From the sequence record OZ035807.1: DNA of 44,534 nt. One strand, given 5' to 3'. Origin of the DNA: Vectrevirus LI10P3. Below, piece after piece: positions 1 through 8,285 of the stretch. Positions within the stretch are counted from its first letter, which is position 1. Every line of letters starts with the position of its first letter. The notes beneath the pieces were generated by a model, which was not told where the DNA came from, ran no database searches, and saw only the letters and a program-made list of their open reading frames with translations. The translations under genes and the position numbers were made by a program.

Positions 1-29
1 TGTAAAATACAAAGCTAGGAGAGATAAGC

Positions 30-329
30 GTGAGCGTACACAATAAACATGCAGCTACAGAGGATGAGGTTGGCATTCTGCATGGTGCTATTACCAAAAT
101 CTTCAATAAGAAAGCACAGGCAATACTGGACACTATAGAAGAAGACCCTGATGCAGCATTACATTTAGTGTCTGGTAAGGATATTGGTGCGATGTGTAAG
201 TGGGTTCTTGATAACGGCATTACCGCCACACCTGCTGCACAGCAGGAAGAGTCCAAGTTATCTAAGCGCCTCAAGGCTATCCGAGAGGCATCCAGTGGCA
301 AGATTATTCAGTTTACAAAAGAGGAGTGA
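30..329 (+). CDS. putative terminase small subunit (T7 gp18 position)
   Basis: 99-aa ORF with GTG start and AGGAGAG RBS about 6 nt upstream; lies immediately upstream of the HNH and large terminase genes. Call is by synteny only, no motif recognised. Confidence 0.45.
   Translation: MSVHNKHAATEDEVGILHGAITKIFNKKAQAILDTIEEDPDAALHLVSGKDIGAMCKWVLDNGITATPAAQQEESKLSKRLKAIREASSGKIIQFTKEE
122..144 (+). promoter_or_regulatory. phage RNAP promoter-like sequence inside small terminase gene
   Basis: ACTGGACACTATAGAAGAAG matches the core of the repeated promoter consensus; upstream ATTTAC part is not conserved (GCAATA). Confidence 0.35.
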
Positions 330-330
330 T

Positions 331-774
331 ATGCATAGATGGTGTGAATCTCAAGGTTATACCATCTTACCTTCTGGTGTCATCCTTTCAAAGGGTGGCA
401 CCCCTCTCAAACCATTCAAGGCGGGTAGGGGTTATTTAGCAGTTAAAATTAAAAATAAAGAAGGTAAATGGCGTAATGTCTATGTTCATCAATTAGTGGC
501 TTATAAGTATTTACCTAAAACTAATAATGAAGTAAACCACAAAGACGGCGATAAGCACAACAATGATGTTAGCAACTTGGAGTGGGTAACAAGAAGCGAG
601 AATAACTATTTAAAATGCAATGGAAATGATAGGAGTGCCTTAAATAGCTATTTAGCAAGATTAAAAGATTGCTTCTTGCAAGGTAAGGGTGTAGCAGAAA
701 CCGCTAGACTTACTGGTAAAAGTGAACCAAGAGTTTCTTCTCTCTTTAAGGAGTGGCGAAATGGCAAAGGCTAG
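331..774 (+). CDS. HNH homing endonuclease
   Basis: ATG at 331 with GAGGAG RBS 4 nt upstream; motif NHKDGDKHNNDVSNLEWVTRSENN is a typical HNH signature; sits between small and large terminase genes and overlaps both. Confidence 0.7.
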   Translation: MHRWCESQGYTILPSGVILSKGGTPLKPFKAGRGYLAVKIKNKEGKWRNVYVHQLVAYKYLPKTNNEVNHKDGDKHNNDVSNLEWVTRSENNYLKCNGNDRSALNSYLARLKDCFLQGKGVAETARLTGKSEPRVSSLFKEWRNGKG

Positions 775-2659
775 AGAATCACAGGCAGAGGCATTAAAGC
801 GGTGGGAAAACCTTAAAGAACTACAAGACACTTTTAAATATACAGCGGAAGGTTTGCTTCTCTTTGCAGATACAGTTATTCATAACTTAATTGCAGGCAA
901 CCCTCATCTGATTCGTATGCAGGCGGATATCTTGAAGTTCCTATTTTACGGACACAAGTACCGCCTCATCGAAGCGCCTCGTGGTATCGCTAAGACAACA
1001 CTATCAGCAATCTATACGGTATTCCGTATTATTCATGAACCGCATAAGCGTATCATGGTTGTGTCCCAAAACGCCAAGCGAGCAGAGGAAATCGCAGGTT
1101 GGGTAGTTAAAATCTTCCGTGGCTTAGACTTTCTTGAGTTTATGCTGCCGGATATCTACGCTGGGGACCGTGCATCAGTTAAGGCGTTTGAGATTCATTA
1201 CACCCTACGTGGTAGTGATAAGTCTCCTTCTGTATCCTGTTACTCAATCGAAGCAGGTATGCAGGGTGCTCGTGCTGATATTATTCTAGCGGATGACGTA
1301 GAGTCGATGCAGAATGCTCGTACGGCAGCGGGCCGTGCCTTGCTTGAGGAGCTGACTAAGGAGTTTGAATCTATCAACCAGTTTGGGGATATCATTTACC
1401 TTGGTACACCTCAGAACGTAAACTCTATCTACAACAACCTACCTGCTCGTGGTTACTCTGTTCGTATCTGGACTGCGCGTTACCCTTCAGTAGAGCAAGA
1501 GCAATGTTATGGCGACTTCCTTGCACCTATGATTGTGCAAGATATGAAGGACAACCCAGCACTTCGCTCAGGGTACGGGTTGGATGGTAATAGTGGTGCA
1601 CCTTGTGCCCCTGAAATGTATGATGATGAAGTCCTGATTGAGAAGGAAATCTCTCAGGGTGCTGCTAAGTTCCAGCTTCAGTTCATGCTTAACACTCGCA
1701 TGATGGATGCTGACAGATACCCATTACGCCTGAACAATCTAATCTTCACCTCGTTTGGTACAGAGGAAGTCCCTGTGATGCCTACGTGGAGTAATGATTC
1801 CATAAACATCATTGGTGATGCACCTAAGTATGGTAACAAGCCTACGGATTTCATGTACAGACCTGTAGCTCGCCCATACGAATGGGGTGCTGTCTCCCGC
1901 AAGATTATGTATATTGACCCTGCGGGTGGTGGTAAGAACGGAGACGAGACGGGTGTAGCCATCGTATTCCTGCACGGCACATTCATTTATGTGTATCAGT
2001 GCTTTGGTGTACCTGGCGGATACCGAGAGTCGTCCCTGAATCGCATTGTGCAGGCCGCAAAGCAGGCGGGTGTTAAAGAGGTATTCATTGAGAAGAACTT
2101 TGGTCATGGCGCGTTTGAGGCGGTAATTAAGCCGTACTTTGAACGAGAGTGGCCTGTAACTCTGGAAGAGGATTACGCCACCGGACAGAAAGAGTTGCGT
2201 ATCATTGAGACGCTGGAGCCGCTCATGGCAGCACATAGGCTTATCTTCAATGCAGAGATGGTGAAGTCAGACTTTGAGTCGGTACAGCACTATCCGCTTG
2301 AACTACGCATGTCCTACAGTCTTTTCAATCAAATGTCGAACATAACGATTGAGAAGAACAGCCTCCGGCACGATGACCGCCTAGACGCCCTGTATGGCGC
2401 TATACGGCAATTAACTTCTCAGATAGACTATGACGAGGTTACACGGATTAATCGCCTCAGAGCGCAGGAGATGCGCGATTACATCCATGCTATGAATACA
2501 CCTCATCTACGCAGGGCAATGCTATATGGAGATTACGGTACTGAGCGAAGAGTGACCAACACTTCCGTAGCGATGCAGCAGCGAGTTTACGGGCAGAACT
2601 ACCGAAATAAATCGGCAAGCAGAAATACACTTTCTGCAAGGATTTCAAGGACTTATTAA
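761..2659 (+). CDS. terminase large subunit (T7 gp19-like)
   Basis: 632 aa from ATG 761 with AAGGAG RBS; Walker-A-like EAPRGIAKTT near N-terminus; size and position conserved. Confidence 0.85.
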   Translation: MAKARESQAEALKRWENLKELQDTFKYTAEGLLLFADTVIHNLIAGNPHLIRMQADILKFLFYGHKYRLIEAPRGIAKTTLSAIYTVFRIIHEPHKRIMVVSQNAKRAEEIAGWVVKIFRGLDFLEFMLPDIYAGDRASVKAFEIHYTLRGSDKSPSVSCYSIEAGMQGARADIILADDVESMQNARTAAGRALLEELTKEFESINQFGDIIYLGTPQNVNSIYNNLPARGYSVRIWTARYPSVEQEQCYGDFLAPMIVQDMKDNPALRSGYGLDGNSGAPCAPEMYDDEVLIEKEISQGAAKFQLQFMLNTRMMDADRYPLRLNNLIFTSFGTEEVPVMPTWSNDSINIIGDAPKYGNKPTDFMYRPVARPYEWGAVSRKIMYIDPAGGGKNGDETGVAIVFLHGTFIYVYQCFGVPGGYRESSLNRIVQAAKQAGVKEVFIEKNFGHGAFEAVIKPYFEREWPVTLEEDYATGQKELRIIETLEPLMAAHRLIFNAEMVKSDFESVQHYPLELRMSYSLFNQMSNITIEKNSLRHDDRLDALYGAIRQLTSQIDYDEVTRINRLRAQEMRDYIHAMNTPHLRRAMLYGDYGTERRVTNTSVAMQQRVYGQNYRNKSASRNTLSARISRTY

Positions 2660-2680
2660 TTACTGGACACTATAGAAGGA
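2655..2680 (+). promoter_or_regulatory. phage RNAP promoter
   Basis: ATTAATTACTGGACACTATAGAAGGA directly after the terminase stop; matches 13-copy consensus. Confidence 0.7.
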
Positions 2681-2816
2681 AGGCCCAGATAATAAGAGAA
2701 AATAATAGGTAATATATAGTTTAACCTAGGTTATATAGGTATGCCTTAGTATGGGTGTACTCCTGTACACCCTATTCCTTACTACCTTACTATATTTACA
2801 TAATAGGAGAGAGACA

Positions 2817-3095
2817 ATGGCTAATGATTATAGTAGTCAACCATTAACAGGTAAGTCTAAGAGAAAGCAGGTACAACCTGTAAGTGAAGAACTAATGCTT
2901 CCGGTAATCAAAAAAGAGGAAGCTAGTAAGAAAAGCAATGTCATTAATGATGCCACCAAATCAGGTAAACAGAAAGGGGCCATGGTGTGCCTTGAAGTGG
3001 AAGGTGGTATATTGAAGATTGCTATCGCGGTTGATGGCAAAGAAGATTCAGAGTGGAAGTTAGTAACAGTGGAACCAGCTGTTAACCCAGTTTAA
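2817..3095 (+). CDS. hypothetical protein, paralog A
   Basis: ATG 2817 with AGGAGAGAG RBS; shares the block SGKQKGAMVxLE...L(K/H)IA(I/V)A with the next ORF. Confidence 0.6.
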   Translation: MANDYSSQPLTGKSKRKQVQPVSEELMLPVIKKEEASKKSNVINDATKSGKQKGAMVCLEVEGGILKIAIAVDGKEDSEWKLVTVEPAVNPV

Positions 3096-3113
3096 GATAA
3101 GGAGGAAGATTAC

Positions 3114-3401
3114 ATGGCTAAATATGGTACTACAGGTTCTGTTACTGGTCAGGCTTTTCGAGTAAAAGCAGTACAAACTATTGCAACGGCAATCCCGATG
3201 CCTGTTGTTAAAGAAGCAGACCTTAATAGTAAAGATCACCCTATCAACATCAAACATTTATCAGGTAAACAGAAAGGTGCAATGGTTGCTCTTGAGAAAA
3301 GTGACACAACCTTACATATTGCTGTTGCACGTGGTAGTGAACCAACAGACCCTTGGGATTTAACTGGCATGGAATCGCTCGCTGTCACTCCAGCAGGTTG
3401 A
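3114..3401 (+). CDS. hypothetical protein, paralog B
   Basis: ATG 3114 with TAAGGAGGAAG RBS; clear sequence similarity to 2817..3095 (LSGKQKGAMVALE). Confidence 0.6.
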   Translation: MAKYGTTGSVTGQAFRVKAVQTIATAIPMPVVKEADLNSKDHPINIKHLSGKQKGAMVALEKSDTTLHIAVARGSEPTDPWDLTGMESLAVTPAG

Positions 3402-3406
3402 GAATA

Positions 3407-3751
3407 ATGCTTAACAAATACTTCAAGCGCCGTGAGTTCGCTTGCCGATGTGGGTGCGGTACATCCACTGTTGATGCTGAGTTATTACAGGTAGTCACAG
3501 ATGTGCGTGAGCACTTTGGTGTTCCTGTGGTTATTACTTCTGGTCATCGCTGTGCTAAGCACAATGCTAATGTAGGAGGAGCTAAGAACTCCATGCATCT
3601 TACTGGTAAGGCTGCTGACATTAAGGCACGAGGCATCTTACCATCTGAAGTGCATAAGTATCTTACTGATAAGTACCAAGGCAAATATGGGATTGGTAAG
3701 TACAACTCCTTCACCCACATTGATGTACGGGATGGGTGTGCACGATGGTAG
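3407..3751 (+). CDS. endolysin, zinc peptidase M15 family
   Basis: 114 aa; motif SGHRCAKHNANVGGAKNSMHLTGKAADI ... FTHIDVR is the His/Asp/His zinc-ligand pattern of small M15 peptidases. Confidence 0.75.
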   Translation: MLNKYFKRREFACRCGCGTSTVDAELLQVVTDVREHFGVPVVITSGHRCAKHNANVGGAKNSMHLTGKAADIKARGILPSEVHKYLTDKYQGKYGIGKYNSFTHIDVRDGCARW

Positions 3752-3859
3752 GTTGTGTTGCATGGTGTGAACGCATGGTTGCTAAGGCTTCAGAGGAAGG
3801 CAACTATGAAGATTGGCAGAACTACTCAACTTTATTAGCTCAATGGAAAGGGAGATGCA

Positions 3860-4009
3860 ATGAAAAAGCTGTTCAAATCTAAGAAGGTTGTAGGTGCACT
3901 AGTTGCATTGGCAATTGCTCTTGTTTCTGTAGGTCTTGGTGTAGACCTTGGCTCTGGCACGGAATCCTCTGTGACAGACGTGGTCTGCCAAGTGATCACC
4001 TGTGAATAA
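3860..4009 (+). CDS. small secreted/membrane protein (lysis cassette)
   Basis: 49-aa ORF MKKLFKSKKVVGALVALAIALVSVG... with signal-peptide-like N-terminus; GGGAGA RBS; below ORF-track size cutoff. Confidence 0.4.
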   Translation: MKKLFKSKKVVGALVALAIALVSVGLGVDLGSGTESSVTDVVCQVITCE

Positions 4010-4223
4010 GTTTCTAGAAGTGCTGGCAGGTCTTATTGGCCTGCTTGTCTCTGCTAAGAAGAAACAAGAAGAGAAGGAGGCACAAAGTGAAGCGAATCAT
4101 GTTAGTGACAATCCTGCTGATTGGTTCGCTGACCACTTCCGGGTGTCAGCAGGCGTTACCAGAGAAAGCAATGGTGAAACCCCTGAGGCCGACGCTGACG
4201 GAAGTTTACGAGGTAGACGATAA
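4002..4223 (+). CDS. possible i-spanin-like membrane protein
   Basis: 73 aa, N-terminal hydrophobic segment then charged region; GTG start without clear RBS; contains the lipoprotein ORF in +1 frame. Confidence 0.3.
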   Translation: MNKFLEVLAGLIGLLVSAKKKQEEKEAQSEANHVSDNPADWFADHFRVSAGVTRESNGETPEADADGSLRGRR

Positions 4224-4296
4224 GGTCTGCTTTAGTAAGCCTGACGCTACAAAATTAGGTTTGTATATTCTTTCGCTAGAACGCGGATATAATTAA
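4099..4296 (+). CDS. putative o-spanin (outer-membrane lipoprotein)
   Basis: 65 aa from internal ATG; hydrophobic signal followed by LTTSGC lipobox-like motif and Pro-rich segment; embedded in / overlapping the 4002 ORF, the usual spanin arrangement. Confidence 0.45.
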   Translation: MLVTILLIGSLTTSGCQQALPEKAMVKPLRPTLTEVYEVDDKVCFSKPDATKLGLYILSLERGYN

Positions 4297-4325
4297 TACA
4301 TAGCTTTATGTATCAGTGTCTTACG

Positions 4326-4349
4326 ATTTACTGGACACTATAGAAGAGG
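4326..4349 (+). promoter_or_regulatory. phage RNAP promoter
   Basis: TTTACTGGACACTATAGAAGAG upstream of tailspike 1. Confidence 0.7.
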
Positions 4350-4427
4350 TAAGATAGCGCCGTTCTTTTGAGCGGCCTATTACTAGCCAATCTTCATAGG
4401 GAGGGTTGGAAAGTAATAGGAGATAGC

Positions 4428-6326
4428 ATGGCTAAATTAACCAAACCTAATACTGAAGGAATCTTGCATAAAGGACAATCTTTGTATGAGTACCTTGATG
4501 CGAGAGTTTTAACATCAAAGCCGTTTGGTGCTGTAGGTGACGCCACTACTGATGATACGGAGGTTATAGCTGCTTCATTAAACTCTCAGAAAGCTGTCAC
4601 AATCTCAGACGGTGTATTCTCTAGCTCTGGTATTAATAGTAATTACTGTAACTTAGACGGTAGAGGTAGTGGGGTGCTAAGTCACCGTTCCAGTACAGGT
4701 AATTACTTAGTATTTAACAATCCACGTACAGGTCGCTTAAGTAATATTACGGTAGAAAGTAATAAGGCGACTGATACAACTCAGGGACAGCAGGTATCTC
4801 TTGCCGGTGGAAGTGATGTTACTGTAAGTGACGTTAACTTCTCAAACGTTAAAGGTACTGGTTTCAGTTTAATCGCATACCCTAATGATGCGCCACCTGA
4901 TGGACTTATGATTAAAGGTATTCGAGGTAGCTATTCAGGCTATGCTACTAATAAGGCAGCTGGATGCGTACTTGCTGACTCCTCAGTTAACTCCCTCATA
5001 GATAACGTCATTGCTAAGAACTACCCTCAGTTCGGAGCAGTAGAGTTGAAAGGTACAGCCAGTTACAACATAGTCAGTAATGTTATAGGGACAGATTGCC
5101 AGCATGTAACTTACAACGGCACTGAAGGGCCAATAGCTCCTTCTAATAACCTTATCAAGGGGGTGATGGCTAATAACCCTAAGTATGCAGCGGTTGTTGC
5201 AGGCAAAGGAAGTACGAACTTAATCTCAGACGTGCTAGTAGATTACTCAACTTCTGATGCTAGGCAGGCTCATGGTGTTACCGTAGAAGGGTCTGATAAC
5301 GTCATAAATAATGTGCTTATGTCAGGATGTGATGGTACTAACTCTTTAGGACAAGGGCAGACTGCTACAATTGCACGCTTTATAGGTACAGCTAATAACA
5401 ACTATGCGTCTGTATTCCCTAGCTACAGTGCTACAGGTGTTATTACTTTCGAATCCGGCTCTACCCGTAACTTCGTAGAGGTAAAGCACCCTGGCAGGAG
5501 AAACGACCTTCTCAGTTCTGCTAGTACTATTGACGGTGCAGCTACTATTGACGGCACTAATAATAGTAACGTAGTGCACGCACCTGCCTTAGGGCAGTAC
5601 ATAGGTAGTATGTCAGGTAGGTTCGAATGGCGGATTAAGTCCATGTCACTCCCTTCAGGCGTTCTTACTTCTGCTGATAAGTACAGAATGCTTGGGGATG
5701 GTGCTGTATCATTAGCTGTAGGTGGTGGTACTTCTTCTCAAGTTCGCCTATTTACTTCTGATGGTACTTCTCGGACAGTGGCCCTCACCAACGGTAACGT
5801 GCGTCTTTCTACCAGTAGCACAGGCTATTTGCAGTTAGGTGCTGATGCAATGACCCCAGATAGTACTGGTACATACGCATTAGGTTCCGCCAGTCGAGCA
5901 TGGTCTGGCGGTTTTACTCAAGCAGCATTCACTGTTACCTCAGATGCTCGGTGTAAAACAGAACCTCTTACTATCTCAGATGCCTTACTGGATGCTTGGT
6001 CTGAAGTTGACTTTGTGCAGTTTCAGTATTTGGATCGTGTTGAGGAGAAGGGTGCAGACTCAGCTAGATGGCACTTCGGTATCATCGCTCAGCGAGCTAA
6101 GGAGGCTTTCGAACGTCACGGTATAGATGCACATCGCTATGGCTTCTTGTGCTTCGACAGTTGGGATGATGTATACGAGGAAGATGCCAATGGCTCTCGT
6201 AAACTGATTACACCAGCAGGTTCCCGCTACGGTATTCGTTACGAGGAAGTACTGATATTAGAGGCTGCGTTGATGCGGAGGACTATCAAGCGTATGCAGG
6301 AAGCACTAGCTTCCCTGCCTAAGTGA
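4428..6326 (+). CDS. tailspike 1: beta-helix depolymerase with C-terminal intramolecular chaperone (peptidase S74-like) domain
   Basis: ATG 4428 with GGAGA RBS; N-terminal FGAVGDATTDDTEVIAA is the pectate-lyase-fold signature; C-terminus has SDARCK followed by LDAWSEVDF...WHFGIIAQRAKEAF, as in endosialidase / tail-fibre chaperone domains. Confidence 0.8.
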   Translation: MAKLTKPNTEGILHKGQSLYEYLDARVLTSKPFGAVGDATTDDTEVIAASLNSQKAVTISDGVFSSSGINSNYCNLDGRGSGVLSHRSSTGNYLVFNNPRTGRLSNITVESNKATDTTQGQQVSLAGGSDVTVSDVNFSNVKGTGFSLIAYPNDAPPDGLMIKGIRGSYSGYATNKAAGCVLADSSVNSLIDNVIAKNYPQFGAVELKGTASYNIVSNVIGTDCQHVTYNGTEGPIAPSNNLIKGVMANNPKYAAVVAGKGSTNLISDVLVDYSTSDARQAHGVTVEGSDNVINNVLMSGCDGTNSLGQGQTATIARFIGTANNNYASVFPSYSATGVITFESGSTRNFVEVKHPGRRNDLLSSASTIDGAATIDGTNNSNVVHAPALGQYIGSMSGRFEWRIKSMSLPSGVLTSADKYRMLGDGAVSLAVGGGTSSQVRLFTSDGTSRTVALTNGNVRLSTSSTGYLQLGADAMTPDSTGTYALGSASRAWSGGFTQAAFTVTSDARCKTEPLTISDALLDAWSEVDFVQFQYLDRVEEKGADSARWHFGIIAQRAKEAFERHGIDAHRYGFLCFDSWDDVYEEDANGSRKLITPAGSRYGIRYEEVLILEAALMRRTIKRMQEALASLPK

Positions 6327-6333
6327 GAGACAG

Positions 6334-6358
6334 GCAGTGCGTAAGCACTGCTTTTCAC
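6334..6358 (+). terminator. hairpin between tailspike genes
   Basis: GCAGTGC-GTAA-GCACTGC perfect 7-bp stem followed by TTTTCAC. Confidence 0.4.
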
Positions 6359-6411
6359 GCAACTTTTCTTAAAGGTTATCATGGTGGTAGCCTTTCAGAA
6401 GAGGAGGTTAC

Positions 6412-8124
6412 ATGCTTCAAAGATTAAGTGCTTACTTGGTGAAGTACAAGAGTAAACTAACAGGTACTATTGAGCGCCTGCTATCTGATAAACTATCGGA
6501 TACAATAGATGTTGCGGATTTTGGAGTTACTCCATCTTCCAATGACAACAGGCAAGCACTTCAAGCTGCGTTCAATGCAGTCAGAGTGTTAGGCGGTGGC
6601 ACTGTATTAGTCACTAAAGCTGGCGAATATAAACTCAGTGGTACTGTTGAGATATTTGCTAATACACACTTCAAGGTTGCTAAAGGTGTAACATTTGTAC
6701 GTGACTACGAAACAGGAGATACGCTATTCAGATTATCACAAGGGCAAGCTAGTAATGTAACAGTCAGTGGAGGTATCTATGAAGGCAATGGTCACACTAA
6801 GGGAGATACACCTTTTGTAGTATTTGCATCTACTAGTAATAATGATTTGAAGTTTGAAGGCATAACAGTTAACAATGTAGTGGACTACCACGCCATAGAT
6901 TTAGCAGATTGGAACAACGTAGTTATTCGTGATTGTAAATTCCTAGGTTTTAAGAATACAGGCAGTCGTAACTTCTCAGAGGCTATACAGTTAGACCCAG
7001 GTCTTATTACAGTTGGTCACTATGTACAGTCAAGTGGTATGCTGGTGGAGAATTGCTATGCTGGTCCAAACACAGAATCAGGGTTTGGAGGTTATGGTGC
7101 ACTAATTGGAAATCACGCCTCAGCTTACGGTGTACAGGACAACAATATCCGTATCTTGAATTGCACTACAGATGGTGCTCTCTTTGCAGGTGTACGTGTA
7201 TTTAACTGGAAAAACTGGACAGTGCGTGGTTGCACATTTAGGAACTCTAATGCAAGAGGTGTTCATGTTACACCTGTTTCCTCTCAAACTAAACCGCAAG
7301 GAACTCGACAAGGTAGTATTGTAGATTGTACTTTTGATGGCGTAAGAACACCAGTGCTAATTGCTGCACCATCTTGGCCTTTTACCGATATTAGTGACAT
7401 TTGGCATGACCATATTGAAATTTCTAATAATACTATGATCCTCACAGAGGATGTATCCTATGGTGTAGATGCAAGGTGGTGTAAGAATTTAATTGTAAAA
7501 GGTAATACAGGCTCTGGTGGCTTAGGGTTAATCGGTTTACGCTTTGGGACAAAATACCACATCGAAGGTAATACTTGGGAAAACGGAAGAGGTAGTGGGA
7601 TTTGGTTAGGTGAGTCTGATGCTACTACATTCATTGGTACTGGATTATCGGGCGAAGGTATACTTAGTCGTAATATCCTCTCTAAATTAGGGCAATATGG
7701 TATTCATGTAAACTGCAAGGTTGGCGGTCTAGTGATTAAGGCTAATAATATGAAGGAAGTGTCTACAGCTGAAGCAGGTAGGCGCTTCATTAGCATAGAC
7801 ACAGGAGCTAACAACATCCTAGTAGAAGGTAATATTGGAGTAGATGGAGAAAGCCCTAACAAGCCAAGCCTTGGTATTCGTGTTACTTCTTCTTGTTCCA
7901 ATATTAAACTCATTGGCAATGATTGCTATGGTACACAGGCGCCTCAGAATAACCAAGGAGTCGGTTCTAGTACGGTGATTGTTTATGGACTAAATGGCAA
8001 TCCTACAACTTTAGGCGTAGGTGCACCTGTAGGCTCTTTAGCAACTGATATCAATGGGTCTGGTGGTAGTACATTGTACGTTAAAGAATCTGGTACATCT
8101 GCTCAAGGTTGGGTTGCAAAGTAG
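6412..8124 (+). CDS. tailspike 2: beta-helix depolymerase-like
   Basis: 570 aa, AGAGGAGG RBS; N-terminal VADFGVTPSSNDNRQALQAAFNA pattern typical of pectate-lyase-fold tailspikes; no C-terminal chaperone domain. Confidence 0.75.
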   Translation: MLQRLSAYLVKYKSKLTGTIERLLSDKLSDTIDVADFGVTPSSNDNRQALQAAFNAVRVLGGGTVLVTKAGEYKLSGTVEIFANTHFKVAKGVTFVRDYETGDTLFRLSQGQASNVTVSGGIYEGNGHTKGDTPFVVFASTSNNDLKFEGITVNNVVDYHAIDLADWNNVVIRDCKFLGFKNTGSRNFSEAIQLDPGLITVGHYVQSSGMLVENCYAGPNTESGFGGYGALIGNHASAYGVQDNNIRILNCTTDGALFAGVRVFNWKNWTVRGCTFRNSNARGVHVTPVSSQTKPQGTRQGSIVDCTFDGVRTPVLIAAPSWPFTDISDIWHDHIEISNNTMILTEDVSYGVDARWCKNLIVKGNTGSGGLGLIGLRFGTKYHIEGNTWENGRGSGIWLGESDATTFIGTGLSGEGILSRNILSKLGQYGIHVNCKVGGLVIKANNMKEVSTAEAGRRFISIDTGANNILVEGNIGVDGESPNKPSLGIRVTSSCSNIKLIGNDCYGTQAPQNNQGVGSSTVIVYGLNGNPTTLGVGAPVGSLATDINGSGGSTLYVKESGTSAQGWVAK

Positions 8125-8135
8125 TAGGAAGTTGA

Positions 8136-8285
8136 ATGCCATTAATCAAATCAGTTAAGCAAAGTGCTGTACACCAGAACACAGAAGAACTCATTCAATC
8201 AGGACGTGACCCTAAGCAAGCCTATGCGATTGCCAAGGATGTACAACGTCGTGCTATGAAGAAACCTTCTGCATCTTCTGCGTAA
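8136..8285 (+). CDS. hypothetical small protein
   Basis: 49-aa ORF (MPLIKSVKQSAVHQ...) with AGGAAG RBS; no recognisable motif. Confidence 0.3.
   Translation: MPLIKSVKQSAVHQNTEELIQSGRDPKQAYAIAKDVQRRAMKKPSASSA

Noticed and set aside
184-330. Upstream extension of ORF 184..774 (first 49 codons)
   Set aside because: Overlaps the small terminase gene in another frame; the HNH domain begins at the ATG at 331, which has a good RBS.
1678-2236. Minus-strand ORFs 1678..1986 and 1739..2236 inside the terminase gene
   Set aside because: Fully antisense to a well-supported + strand gene; this phage type is transcribed from one strand; no RBS or promoter evidence.
3181-3363. Plus-strand ORF 3181..3363 overlapping paralog B in another frame
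   Set aside because: Entirely inside a better-supported ORF with a strong RBS; no RBS of its own.
3775-3885. 36-aa ORF between endolysin and the 3860 ORF
   Set aside because: No RBS, overlaps the start of the next ORF, no distinguishing features.
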